The position numbers and the translations under genes were made by a program. A DNA stretch of 64,000 nucleotides from Haplodiscus bocki (lineage: Eukaryota). Location: contig CBFHFQ010000250.1 in the NCBI GenBank assembly GCA_965655095.1, forward strand, positions 1 to 64,000, given 5' to 3'. The notes beneath the pieces are model-generated. The model searched no databases. It was given only the letters and a program-made list of their open reading frames with translations, and was not told where the DNA came from. Positions 40,442 through 53,502 of the stretch are shown in pieces. Position 1 is the first letter of the stretch. Every line of letters begins with the position of its first letter.

Positions 40442-41049
40442 GACTTGAAAAACTTAACGTTTTTCGAAAAATATGCTCTAGAGCAATGGAAGGACTTATT
40501 CGTGATATTTGTACTAAGAATTTTATTAGAAAGTGTAATTACAAACAACTAAAATGAAATATTCTTCTATTTCAAAGCGGCGATAAAATTGAAAGTGAGA
40601 AATGTCAAAAGTTTAAAAAAAGTGACACAATTGTCAAATAAAATGCACTTTGTCGTTTTAATTTGAACATAACCGATTGGGAACAACATAAATTATCGAA
40701 ATTTCATATGGAAAACAAATATCTAGTGTGTTTTTTCTTTGAAGCAGTAATCTCTCCAAAAAGTGAATCATTTATTCCATGTCACATTGGAAACTTACGC
40801 TGAATACAAGCTGAATAGGAGAAAAAACAAAGGTACAAGGAAAAAAGATGAACCAAATTTTAAAAAAATTATTTCTACACAAGAAGAGAAAAGAAGAGTT
40901 TTGAAAACAAAAGAACAAAAAACGAAAAAAGCATCGCGATCGATAATTAAAAAGCTATTGGGAAATTGGCTGAAACGATTGAAAAAGAAAATTAACAGCT
41001 AGAAAGAAGTTAGAACCTAAAAAGACACTTCCAAATACTCGAAAATTTT

Positions 41050-41640
41050 TCGGTAGTGATACAACTAAGAAACATTTCGAAAAATCGCTTTTTTTGAGAT
41101 ATGACAGTTAATAAAACCTATGACGACAAGTTGTTTCATCAGAGGCACACTTAAAATTGGAAAAGTGGTCAAGAAAACATCTGTGCGTTTTAAAGACGTT
41201 GAAGCTTACAATAAATACATAGATCAAATTCAAATAAAATATGGCGTTGATGATGTTGTTTTTACTGGATATTTGATTGAGTTTTATGGTCCTGGTTTTA
41301 GAGAATATAATCATAGTGATTATGGTGAGGAAAGTGATTTTTTTTAAAAAATTAAATAATAAGCCAAAAAAATGCTCTATTCCTACAAGACAATTTTTTT
41401 CAAAATGCTTTTGTGTTTTGACCGTAAAATTTTCAAAAGAATAATATATTGAACGTTCTAACGGTTTCAGCAGAAAAACAACAGTCACGCCTGAAGCGAG
41501 AGTTAGAGCAATTTGTAATAAGATGATGGGTATAGATATTGGATATTTCAATTGTGAAGAGATATTACCTAGATCATGTAAAGAAGAAAATAAATGTCTT
41601 CATTTCTAAAAATCTCGTTTTTTTTTGTGATGTCTCAACT
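41050..41640 (+). pseudogene. P3 truncated pPolB N-terminal (terminal-protein side) fragment
   Basis: TSVRFKDVEAYNKYID...FTGY...YG...CSIPT...KC...ARV..C...IDIGYF...ILPRS resembles, from my recall, the N-terminal region of invertebrate Polinton pPolBs; no catalytic motifs follow. Confidence 0.5.
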
Positions 41641-41884
41641 GACTTGTTCCTCAGACAAAATAAAGACTAGCTTTAAAATTTCAAAATTTCATAAAGGTTT
41701 TATATTTCTCTTAATATTATTGTAAAGGTTACAGTTTCACCATTGAAAGCAGCCGAACATAGCATTATTTTTTTGTTAAGTTTTTGAAAACTCGATTCGA
41801 GTAGAATTGTATATATGTTCAAACATAACGCAAATTGAAAAAACTTATCGATGAGTAGGTGCTCAGATTTTTTTGATTTGATAA

Positions 41885-42970
41885 TTAGGTAAAAGTTATT
41901 GTTTCACCCTTGAAATCAAAAGAATTTCTGTCATTGTGTTCCAAGTAAATTGTTACATAATTCAAAACAGATTTATTTAAGTTTTTATAATGTTCTGTTT
42001 CTGGCTGAGATAATATTTTGAAGGCAGTGGGTGTATCGACAGTAAAACTATAAAGTATTGGTTCTCGAATACCATTCAAAATTGATCCGTCTATAAAATC
42101 GCACTTTTTAAGTTTTTCATCTATTGTGGTTTTAGTCATTTTTCTAACTAAATTTTCCAGTCTTCGGTTTATACTCCCAAGTTGTATTATGTGTTAGTTT
42201 TGTAAGACGAATTGTTTTTTCATTCAAATGTGAATTTGCTGTGGAGGCGATGTTTTTTGTTTTTATTTTTGATTTCTCATTAAAAATATCTATAGAAACT
42301 TTAGTTTTTAGAAAAGTAACTAAAGTGCTTTCAATATCTTATACTTTTTTTATAGCTGGTGATATCCCGTTAGTCTCAAAAGTAGAATTACTTTTCTGTG
42401 AAGTGAAAATAACATCATCTTATTCTATTCGGATTGTTCTAAGAAAACTTTCAAGGTCTTTGAAAATGGTTTGTTCAAAATCCTATATACTTTCATCACA
42501 TACTGAATCTTTACCTTTGTTACTATTTCCAGGAGCTTTTTTTTCTTCCTGTGTTGAACGAAATATTTTCTTCATTATGTTAATGTCATCAAACTCAATG
42601 TCTTGTAATTTATCAATTACAACTGGTCTCAAAAATTCGTCTTTAAGATCTCTTGGGCGAAAATTTTCATCATCTTTTCATAGTCTTCTAAGGAAGAACG
42701 CCTGTGTTTTTTAATGGGCCTAGATATTTCGAATTTATTGTTTTCGTTTGTTATATTGAAATTAGAAAAAATTACTTTTAAATTAGTTAATCGTAACATC
42801 CTTTGACCAATTTGTAACTGTAAAAGTATATCAAATGAGAAGGATTATCTTGATTTCTTGTCAAGTTTTGAATTCTTTTGTGCTTTTGTTTAAACTGTTG
42901 AATAAGTGCACCGGTTTTTCTAGTAACCAAAAAATACCGAATTTTCAGCTGTTTTTCTTAGTTTATAAGC
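41885..42970 (-). pseudogene. P3 penton-like gene B
   Basis: RLTNL...FNITNENNKFE; CDFIDGSILNGIREPILYSFTVDTPTAFKILSQPETEHYK...ITFT. Confidence 0.7.
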
Positions 42971-43004
42971 ATTGAGATGAATAGTGAATTCACAAAAATC
43001 GGAA

Positions 43005-44040
43005 TTATGTTTGTATTACTAATAATAAAACTCAAAAATTTTCCATTGATATATAACTGCTATTTTATTCATCTTCTACATAAAACCTTTTCCTCTCCAA
43101 TATAGTTTGGTTTCTTTTTTTTGTTAAGTTTTATTCTAGATCTTTTAGTTGTTTTATGACCGGGAGGCAAAGTTATACTAAATAAATTGTCTAATTCCTT
43201 TTGCAAAAAAGTCACATTTCAAAAAAATCTTATCAATTCCATTCATTTCGTAAGGTTTTTGTTGCTGGTGTAACTTCCATTAGTGTTTTCAACTTTTGTA
43301 AACCCTAATATTTTACGAGAAAATGTTTTTTTTTTAAATTGTAACAACTCATTATGAATGGTATCTATTGTCATAACAGTTCTCATTGTAAAATCATTTA
43401 CAATAAATTCAATTTTTGTGTTTCGCGTTAAAACAACTTTTTTAAGAGTTGTTTATTTCTCTGACTTTGTATGTTCCATGTGGAAGTGAAGAGGTTTTGA
43501 GTTCAACACCAATATGTTTTTTCTTTATTATATATTCTCTTTCATTATATGTTAAGTTCTTTCTAAACACCATATCTTCCGGATAATTACACTTCATAAT
43601 TTTCAAAGCTTTGTAGAACTCATTTGTTTGAAAAATCTTGGTGGTCTGTGAATTGATATAAATCCTACTTTTATTACCAATCCTCTTTTGTTGACTTCGT
43701 TTACATGTATTTTTTTGATTCACTTTGCTTTGTTCTATTAATTCTTCAAGTTTTATAATAGTAATAGGATCTAGCCCAAATCTATGCGTATAAATTGTAA
43801 ATCTATTGTTGTGTTCAGTTATATTGGAAACTGAATTATTTACTGCGAATTTAGTTACAGTGATTGTATGTTTTCCCTATTCTACTTCTAATGGAAGTTT
43901 TTTTCAGAAAGTATCCATGGATTTTGTCAAGTTGAACTCTAAGGTCTCTCTCTAGTAGTCCTGTTTTCCTTCATTCATTTAAGGTGTCAGTTTTGTTTAA
44001 ATTACAAGTAGTAAATCATCTGTTTTTTTTTCAATTTCAT
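43005..44040 (-). pseudogene. P3 penton-like gene A
   Basis: ETLEFNLTKS...NNSVSNITEHNNRF; LPHGTYKVREINNS; LFSITLPPGHK...FYVEDE; paralogous to gene B. Confidence 0.62.
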
Positions 44041-44269
44041 TTGTTAACTCTAAATCCATTACCATCCATTTTCGTTATATTTTTTTTCAATAATTTGACT
44101 TATTTATCCTTTGTTTTGTTGAATTCTTTTCCGAAAACGACTGAAGTTAACATTCACAGTTTCACTATTGTAAGTGCGTTCGCTTTGTGGTCGGTCAGCT
44201 CCGCTGACATACTTTACACTGCTTTTTTTCTGTTTTTCTTTGTGACATTGTTTAATATATTACAAATGA

Positions 44270-45130
44270 AATGCTGCAAATTTTAAATCTTTTTTGAAAT
44301 TTTTTGATCAGGTAAAAACATATAAACAATAAACAGCACAATATCGGTCTTTTCAACTTCTATTCTGAAAAAAAACACATTTTCCATTTCCTTAAAAAAA
44401 TTTTAAACAGTTTCTGTTGTGAAAATCTGTTAGAGTCAAAATAACTTTCGTTTATGTATTCTATTCATTGTGTTCCTATAATTGAATGAAATTTTAAAAA
44501 ACCATGTTTTGTCCTTTTTTTGCTGTCTCACATTTGAATTTTTGTAATTAATCCTATTTTGTTCAGTATTTCTTTTATTTTTATATTTAACATTCCTTGA
44601 TTGTTCAGATCAAATTTTATACCAAGTTCAGAAATCCATTGTAAATTATCTACTTCTAACTGCCTTCTTTGTTTTGTTTTGAATGTAATGTAGTTTTCAA
44701 AGCTTTCTTTTCTTTTTTCAAATCTATCAAATTGACCCAACAAAGAAAGAACTTTTATTGTAGCTTTAGCCGAACGATCAAAAAAATTAGTGTAGTCTAA
44801 TAGCAAAATATTGAAAGACCTATCAATAGCTTTTGAAGATGCTTCTGTACTTCCCTTTATTGAAATATTAGCTTCCCTCATTTCTTTAATCTCTTATAAA
44901 AGTATTTTTTCCTTACAATATTTAAAGGTTTTTTCTATAATTTTGATTCTACCAATTGTGTTCGCAAAGCAAACAGTCTGCTCTGGAGACATGTCTGGTA
45001 ATTGTTTTGATAATTCACATACTGAAATTTTAACTTCATCAATGTCTTCATCGTGAAGTTTACCTTTTCCAGATACTTTATAAAAAAAGTTCAATTCTAC
45101 CTTTTTTGTCTGAATTTATATACCTCATTT
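44270..45130 (-). pseudogene. P3 hypothetical protein (~280 codons)
   Basis: Colinear ORFs 45094-44894 and 44881-44528 separated by a single stop. Confidence 0.4.
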
Positions 45131-45569
45131 ATAACTGGTGTTATGTACAAAAATAGAACAGCAATAAGATAGTTAGGACTATATAATACTTTTTGACAAA
45201 AAAACAAAAAAACTGTGTACAAATACTTTCAGTTATTCTTGCAGTTGTTTTAGTAGTTAATTTGTTTTGTTTTTTGAATAGTTTTTCGTATTTTTCTAGG
45301 CCTATCTGATCCATCGTAATTTTCGGTTGAAAGTGCAATTTTCATTTCCTTTATAGTTTTTTCATGAGATTTTCTATTTTTGAGAGTGTAAAAGTTAGTT
45401 TTTTTTTGGTATTAAGTACAAGTTGTATGTCCATAGCCTCATTTGTTGCTCCCGTTATATTTTTTGCTTCTTGAAAAATAGTCTTTGTGTTAAAGCAGTA
45501 TGACTTTTTCGGGATTGAGTTTTTTTATGATTCATTTGAACCTTTGTTAACAATTGTTTCCATATCTCT

Positions 45570-45963
45570 GTGTGTCTCTGGATTGCTTTCAATTGTTTCG
45601 TTAAATTCCGTCATTTGGTTTTCTTAGGAGTTTTATCAACTATATCTTCACCAGAAAAAATCTCCTTCTCAGTCTCACGTTTTGTGCTTTTCACAGTCAA
45701 AAAACCATCCGGTGAGCTGATCTTCTTTCTTTTAGTAGTCTTTCTTTTTAGGGACTAGGCATGTTCATTTGGTCTCTGTATCTTTTAATTGTTGAATCTG
45801 AATAACTTAATTGCTGTGCTAGTTATTTTTGTGTCAATTTTGAATTATTAGGTTTATTTTCATTAAATCTATACATTAGATCTAACTTATATTCACGTAA
45901 AAATGAACTAGTTAAAAGTTTTCTTGTTTTAGATATTTGTCCTAACGAATAAGTCTTCGTCAT
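45570..45963 (-). pseudogene. P3 helix-turn-helix protein
   Basis: MTKTYSLGQISKT...KLTQK*LAQQLSYSDSTIKRYRDQMNMPSP: classic HTH pattern (TQxxLAxxLxxSxxTIxRY). Confidence 0.62.
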
Positions 45964-46542
45964 TTAATATTTAATTAAAATTGATTTTTGTTTCTATTAA
46001 TTAAGAAAATGTTATTAATTCCGGAAAAAGAATTGTTGTACAGAACAGAAGGAAATATGTGTATTAATCAAAAACATAAGGAAAAAAAACAAACTTGATT
46101 GATAAAACAATATTAAAAGTTATTCATGAAAATCGTCTTCAAAAAAGTATAACGAAAAGTTTTTTACAGTCCCTGCAATCAAATTGTAGTTAGTTTTCCT
46201 ATGGCTTCTCATGTACTTTCTAAAGATCATTTTCCGAAAGCTATTAAACTTATGAGGAGAAATTTTAATTCTGTAAATTTTGTGATTTTTTTAATGATAA
46301 AGAAGATAAAGAAGATCATGAAAGTAGACGAGATGTTTATGGAAACGCTAAAACACACTTAGGCTATTGTAATAGTCCTCCTGTTTTTTTGAAATGTTTG
46401 TAAAATTTTAATTTGTAAAAGCAAAATTGATAGACATTTTTAAAACGAAAGAAAATTTTTATTTAAAAAAAGAAAGGTTATTGAACGACAAAAAATTGTT
46501 ACAACTGCTTCTAGTTCGGTAAATTGAGAAAAAAACCAAAAC

Positions 46543-47416
46543 TAACATCATGTTTTTCATTTGTTTTTTTTCCTTCTTCACACAAATCTTCATTTAAGTG
46601 CTGATTAGTGAGTAGGCTTAAAAAAGCTTAAGAAGAAAACTATGTTGGAAAATAGGGTTGAAGTTGCCGAAAATCTACTTCTTACAAATAAAATTTAAAT
46701 GCAAGGATGTTTTCTTATTTTCACAATTTAGGCAATTCAAAAAATTCACATTTAAAAGCTGAATTAAAAACTTTTTTATCCATTTCTTTGTTATATCATT
46801 TTTGAGGAGTTGCAATGTGGTCAATACACATGTTTCCACCAAAATCGATAGAAAAAAACTGTTGCTGGCCTATATCACTCGATTGATACTGGTTTGGGAC
46901 AAATTTTTGTGTTTTGACCAGCTAATATCACTTAAAAGGTTTAGTAAGCCAATCACCGTCTCACTAGCAGACAGATACAGTGCATTCGCTCAGGTTCTGT
47001 GGTTTATTCCACCGTGAGGTTAAAAGATGGTGCACCGGCGAATCTGCACAAAACGTAATAAACTACGTTCTTTACCAGGAATGCTCGATAGAGTTGGCCA
47101 GTCAATTTTTTTCGTGCGAAATACTCCAGCATAATTCGCAGCAAAAAAGTCGTCTGTTTACCGCTGCAAAGTATGTGTATGGTTGGTTGGTTGAAAAAAA
47201 GTAAATTTTTGTGCTGGCAAAAAATCTCTTCAATATTAAACACAGCATAGGAATGAGTAAAAAAAACAATGCTTTTGCGAAAAAACGTATTGTGATTGAG
47301 GAAAACCAGGATTTTTTTCCTATTGTCTGTGGGTGTGTTTTCGAAGGAAGTTTTCTTCGTGTGATTTTAAGAGAGGTAGTAGTACTCGAAAGTTACGAGT
47401 TTTAGTGCAAGACTCA
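46543..47416. repeat. P3 right inverted-repeat arm
   Basis: Reverse complement of 39566-40441; a Polinton-like ACTACT lies at 47436-47441. Confidence 0.93.
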
Positions 47417-48502
47417 AAAATTCGTATTTTTCCGCACTACTTTCGTTGTAGTTTAACCGAAATTATAGAGTTTCATTGGGTGGCTGAACAGACTGTGTTT
47501 TGCACCTTAGGTAAGATTTGATTCTGTTGGGTTTCCACTTGGGCTTCGTTCCCCATCGATAATTTTCTTCAGGTTTCTATACACAACCTTTTCACTTTCA
47601 AAATTTCTCACGGAGGTATTTTTTCACTATTTTCTGATTTGCAGACTAATATGGTTGCTTCCAATAGTTCAACATTATCCATCATTCATTAGCAGTTTTC
47701 GCAAGCAAACAGTTGTCTATAAAATTTTCCTCAATTATCTCTTCTATATTGTGACATCTCAACAACTCTTTGACTTGTTAATATATTTGTAAGAAAAAAA
47801 AACAAAGAATACAACGTATAAAGAAAGTTTAATTATCTGGCGAAATACTTCTGTGTGAGTAAAATATTCCAATATTCTTAGCAGTCGTTCCCTTTTTTTC
47901 CGCGATTGTAGTGTATTGCCCATTTGTAACTTTTACCTTAGCGTACTATGGCTGTGTCATACCTTCGCTTCATTGCCTTCTTGCGTTTGCCATAATGATT
48001 GATATGGAGACCTTTTAATAGTTCTGACACTCTATAGAAGTCGTATCACTCCATTGACGTCAAATTCACATCAGCATCAAAACTGCAAATATTACGACTG
48101 TATATTTGTGTTTTACGGAGCTGTGGTTTATCATCTTGTATAATTTCAAATTACTGTATTTCTACGAATTTTCTTCGGTTCTGCTGTCCTCACAACCCGG
48201 GTCAAAATTTCGATTGAAATTTTTCTACGATAACGGCGGAAGAAAAATTGCAAAACCGACGGTAATTCGTAGAAAAATAACGGCAGTTACCGGCGTTTCT
48301 TGGAAAAATAACATCGATTACAGCCGTTTCTTAGGAAATTTCTGCCGATAAATTACCACCCATATCCTAGAAAAGTAATGGCGGACTTCGAATCGCCACT
48401 ATCTTAGCAAAAATTAGCCGATAACTTTTTCACCACTGTCGTTCAACATTATCAGCGAAAGTTTCCAATTTTCGAACACCTCAACTAGTTAGTCAAAGGG
48501 AT

Positions 48503-49720
48503 TTAAAAAATTATACCAAGTTGTCGGACAACGTTGCCTTCCACAAACCAAGTTTGCAGATGATGGGAACAACAGTCCTTATGTTTCAAATTGGAGGCTC
48601 TCAACTCGCGGGCACAATTTAGCCCACTTGACAGGATCCACGACGAAAACGTGGCCTCCATAGTACCCCAATAACAGACAAACAATCGAGATAACACAAA
48701 AAAGACAACAAATTAAAAATCAAACAGTCAGATTCCGAAATGGAACAAAATGGAAAAGGCTCAATAAATACATCTAAAAAGACAAAAAGTGTGAGTCAAG
48801 AGAAGAAAAAAAAGTAGATATTATTTTCGAACTAGGCTCTCTTCCACAAACAATGTTTGCAGATGATGGAAGCAGGAGTCCTTGTCTTTCAAGTTGGAGG
48901 CTCTCAGTTTGTGAGCGCAAGATAGCCCATTTGACAGAATCCACGACAAGTCCACTGGCATGTATATACATCTTCGTTCCCGGAAACTCCCGCAATCGTT
49001 TCGGCATCACCTGGAAACAGAAGGAAAATGAGCCACTGATAGGACCAAAAACCTGCAATGTAGAAAAGAGAGCAACCAATTCTCAAGAACATCCGTGAGA
49101 GGACTCTTTGGAGCGCGGATGTCCGACCCTTTTTTCTCTCGAGCTCTTCTTTCGAAGTCGGCGCGCCAACCTCAAACTCGGAACAAGACACATATGTCCG
49201 AGGCAATCCAGGCTATTTTTATAAAACTACTGGTTCTCCAGAGCGATCAGACACTAAAGCACAACAGCCTAACGAAGTCATCTTCATGTTCCAGCGCGCG
49301 CAGCATAACTAGCACAATAGAATTCATTGACTGGCCAGCAAGGAAATTCTAATTGCAAGGCTAATGGTAATTGATGAAGATTTGAAGACTCACATTGTGG
49401 AAGGTGAGCGGTGTCAACAACACCCTCGGACACTTTCTTCTCCAGTGTCTTGCGACGAAGGATCTCTCAGAGCGTGAACCCCTCAGACTCGTACCCAGAG
49501 ACTCCAACCTCGTCAACGCCACCAACAACATCAACGTCCTCATCTTCGTCCTCCACATCTGCCTCCGTGCCCGCCTCTGTCTTGCACACACCGCCTACTT
49601 CATTTGGTCCCTATGAACCTCCCACAGGACTCTCCTCGCCTCCCTCTCCAGCAAATTTCTCTTCGGGGACATCAAAAGGGAAGGGAAACGGCAGCTTGAA
49701 CAACTGACTTACAGTCCGTT
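48503..49720 (-). pseudogene. Decayed acidic ORF of an unidentified repeat, with a duplicated C-terminal module
   Basis: EDEDEDVDVV acidic run; SWILSNGLSCAHKLRASNLKDKDSCFHHLQTLFVEE (48841-48950) is repeated as SWILSSGLNCARELRASNLKHKDCCSHHLQTWFVEG (48537-48650). Confidence 0.4.
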
Positions 49721-50147
49721 TGGGACAAGCTAGTCTCCTCAAGCAAGATGAGGATTTCTTCAGACATATTTCGAAACACAAATCGAAGAACGTGACTAAC
49801 CGGCTATTGCATGGTGGATTTATAATTTCATTTACGAAATTCAAAATTATTTAATTTTTTTTATTACGGATCTGTCTGCCAGCATTGACTTTATCATAAT
49901 ATTTTCAAGGACACATTGAAGAAAAAACCTGAATTTCCTGATTTTTAAATTTCATTCCTTCATTTGTTTACAAGTCATCAACTCCAAATAAAAAAGCAAC
50001 TTTTTGACTTCAGCAATTGGAATGATACCGCGGGAACTGCAAAGCATATCCCGCCTGGCAACAGATGCCGACTAACTTCAGCTTATATCATCACTTATTC
50101 AAATAACTTCTTCAGATTTAATAGCTCATATTATATCTCAAACTTCC

Positions 50148-50600
50148 TTGTCTTTGACAATTGCGATTAACACACTTCTGTCTTTGGATTCTCCATCCAC
50201 AGAATCAGATGTTTTCTTTGCGGAGCGCTCATTAGAAGAAGGTAGTCCTGCTCGTAAAAATACCCCAGCCGTCCTCAATTCAACACGATTATTCGGAGCA
50301 ATGGCAAGGAAGACAATTACTATCTCCTCCGTAGCCTCGCTGGAGCCACAGATCCTCACAATCGATTCGGACTCCAATGAACCCACAATTCCATATGGGT
50401 TTGGCAGTCAACAACCAATTGTGCCACCCAGCCTGAATTATCTCAACTTGCCGCCCAACCTTTTCAATGTGTTGGCTACTATGACCAAAATTCGAGCGGA
50501 TGAAGTAGTACAGCCCCCAATCACCGGAGCCATCCATTCCGTGTCCAATTTCGACGCCCCTAATGAATGTGAGTGCCATTGAAGGCTGAGAGACAAGACC
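50148..50600 (+). pseudogene. Ser/Pro-rich ORF fragment, probably of repeat-element origin
   Basis: 144-codon GC-richer ORF; abruptly followed by unrelated sequence beginning TGTTCCG at 50602. Confidence 0.3.
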
Positions 50601-51010
50601 GTGTTCCGTACGTGTTTCGTCGCTAATAGTCGGGTGGCGCCACTAATACTACTCTTACTATGCCGTGCTGTCGTGAGTACGGAATGACTCCGGAATCACT
50701 CCTCCATTGAGCACAGACTACTACCACTACAAGTGAATACGGCATTATCCGGAAACCACTAGTTGCAACTCGTATGAATGAGGAGTAAACTAGTAGTGAT
50801 ACTAGTTTCTCTTCATTTCCAAAGAGTAAAGACTATTGAACCAATACTAATATTGATGAAGTGAGCACAAGTGTGATGATTATTTATAGCTTCCATATTA
50901 TGCACAAATTTAAAGTCATGCATTTTGAATTTTTTATTTTATTTTATTTCACTGTTCTAACTAAGGAAATATTTTTTCCTTTTCCATCTAGGGAATATAT
51001 CTTGTTAGAA

Positions 51011-51857
51011 TGTAAGCGAAACGTCAACGCGGGAAAAAGCACTTTGATGTCCATCTGTGACGGATTAGGACCGTCCATTTTCTGTCGAGTGATGGGAAAG
51101 GCGCGTCCTTTGAGGGAAGAGATGGATGGAAAAGTTGTTTATTTCCCGCCAGATTCGGCATTTTTTAACTTTGATGCTATACTTTATAAAGTATTTTCCC
51201 TATTTGTTCCTTCGATTTGGCGTGTGAACAATTATGTTTCCCCCAGGAAAAGGTATAAGTAGGCGAAATGAAAATACAAATTTAGAACTTTTGAGAACCC
51301 TGTAATATTAAACTTGCATTCTGCTGTACTGACGATATTAAACAGTATTCATTCATTAATTATTTTCGCTAGCTAAAACTGTAAACTCCAATTTGATTTT
51401 CCCTTCGAGAAAATACAATCAAATAATTATCACTGAAGGACCCTTTTCCCGTAGAAATGGCAACTCGAAACCAGAGGAAGCTGGCAGCACTAAAAAAAAG
51501 AAAACTGTGAGGAAAATCCTTGGAGTAACTTGGCGAAAAACCCCGATGTTCCCGGATCGCAAGAGGACTACATAACTCAAGTTTTTGAGGAAATTGAGGG
51601 AAGAGTCGCAAAGAAGTTGTCACAAGAGTTTAGCAGAACAAAATACCGAATACTAGGCGCACTAGCACGTCTTGACGACTTTCTCATGAACCCGCTAATT
51701 CCGGGCCACTCCGGAACCGCTCTGGAGACGTCCACCAACGTATTTAGTATAAGCCAGGGAACGAATGAGGATGACTCCCAGAGTGACCCTCATGCTGAAG
51801 CGGGCATCTTCAACAACCAGATGACACAAAACTCTGGTCCAGAAGATCGCCCCGACA
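51011..51857 (+). mobile_element. LTR-like remnant ending CCCGACA and containing the start of a gag-like ORF
   Basis: ATG 51457 MATRNQRKLAAL...YITQVFEEIEGRVAKKLSQEF...GPEDRPD ends at ...CCCGACA, like the 54006-55711 solo LTR. 5' end (TGTAAG at 51011) is tentative and no TSD was found. Confidence 0.55.
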
Positions 51858-52399
51858 ATAGCCAACCTTAATACATTGCCGAACTTTAACCTATCTTGAT
51901 ACATCACCGTCGACTCCCGGCAGACAATCAAGTTCGAGCACCAAGGCTTCGTCAGCCAATCAGAATCGAATATTACGTCACCCCAGAGCTCTCGGCTACG
52001 GTGGAAGACTCGTCTCGGCTATGTTCTTGCTATAGACTATCTTAATACATAGGGTCTTCCCCCCGCCCGTCTGATCAGCTCACTCTTCTACTACTGTGGT
52101 ACTAGAGTATTTCGCAAAAAATGAAATTTCCAGATATGGTGACATCGGGATGGCATCAAATTACAGCGTCCAATGCAAAAGAAGTGTTTGAGTTTGCAGC
52201 AATCTAAATTTGTGTACGCTCAAAGAACTTTGAAGAATCTAGAAGGCAATTATCTGTTGCTTGTCTTTATCTGAACCTAGACTTATGACTGATGCGAAAA
52301 ATTGTTACAAAAAATGGAAGTAGCGTAGATGAAAGTTGCTTTGTTCAAATCCACTAAATTCATCACAACATCCCGATGACATGGACAAAATGGTACACT

Positions 52400-53414
52400 G
52401 ATCACTCCTCACTCCTCCACTTTTGGTGAATCTGCGTCTGGGGCTTGTTGTTACAAATATACACCGTTTTATCGAGTACACTCCAAAGAAATGTTTCAAT
52501 AGGTTTGTAGAGTCAGCAGTAGATGCCAGAAAACTGGTGGATGAGAATCCCAGGTGTTGTGTCGTTGCGGGGACAATAAGACTGCTAGCCAGTAATGTCT
52601 ATGGCTATCAGATTATGGATCGCAGTCGACACACTGTATCGGAGTACCTCAGCGACAAAAAAACATGCAGCTAATATTAATTTGTTCAAAAAACCAAGTC
52701 AAGTGAACACTTCATTTTTTGAAGTTGAACTCAAAAACGCACAGGTTGAACACAAAGAGTCTATCATTGTCCGGTTCTTCATTCTTCAATACGCAAAACT
52801 GCGAATATTGGAGCTGTACTACAACTTCTTCACCAAATTGTGTGGTGTAAACAAGTTCGAAAAGTTGGAAAGACCCATATTCGCTGTATCTTGCTCTTGC
52901 CGAGAAAGAACAGGAAGATTGTATCAGAACTAAAATGAGAGCGGAAGGGCAGCGGTTACGATCAAATCACTGTGTCAGTAGTTTTACTGCCGATGCTGAA
53001 GCAATTTTTTTCCGTCGAACATGTTCTGTAAAACACAAACAACAAGATAAGAGAGAGCTTGGCCTCTTCAAAGTAAAATTCAGATGTAGAGAGATGTTAT
53101 GTCTGGGTAGTAAGACATACTGTTGCTATGACGTCACCTCTAAGAGACTTAAACTTAGCAGTAGTGGTTTCGACAAACGTGTAGCGAATCAGAGCGGCAA
53201 AGGACCACGGGAAAAGTATCGTAGAGCCTTGAACGAAAAGGTTAACGTCACATCCAAGAATAAAGGATTCCGATCACACAAACACTCTGTTAGTACCTCC
53301 GAGCAAGTCAAGAAATGTCTGTCCTACTTCTACCCAGAACGAATAGTCGAGAGTGATGGATATCACACTCAACCACCTAAGTTGTATATTGTTCATTCAT
53401 TTTTCGTTTTATAG
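52400..53414 (+). pseudogene. P4: C-terminal pPolB fragment of a different Polinton lineage
   Basis: RLLASNVYGYQIMDRSRH (motif B variant), ILQYAKLRILELYY, DKRELGLFK..F.C.EM.CL.SKTYCC, LSYFYPERIV. Confidence 0.82.
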
Positions 53415-53502
53415 TGTCGTGTATTTGTCAAAGTTTATACATTCTAATCAATGCCTTTAATCTATTACACAATATTTTAACATAGCATTAAGTCATATCG
53501 GT

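Larger units (their letters stand above)
39566..47416. mobile_element. P3: ~7.9 kb inverted-repeat-bounded, Polinton-derived non-autonomous or deleted element
   Basis: ~870-bp inverted arms; interior holds penton-like, HTH and pPolB N-terminal remnants; no MCP, ATPase, integrase or protease recognised; exact termini and TSD not found. Confidence 0.75.

Noticed and set aside
42241-42714. 157-aa plus-strand ORF
   Set aside because: Antisense shadow of penton-like gene B.
39594-47386. AGTAGT.../...AGTACT as the exact P3 termini
   Set aside because: Inverted similarity continues outside these positions and the flanks are not a direct TSD, so the termini remain unresolved.
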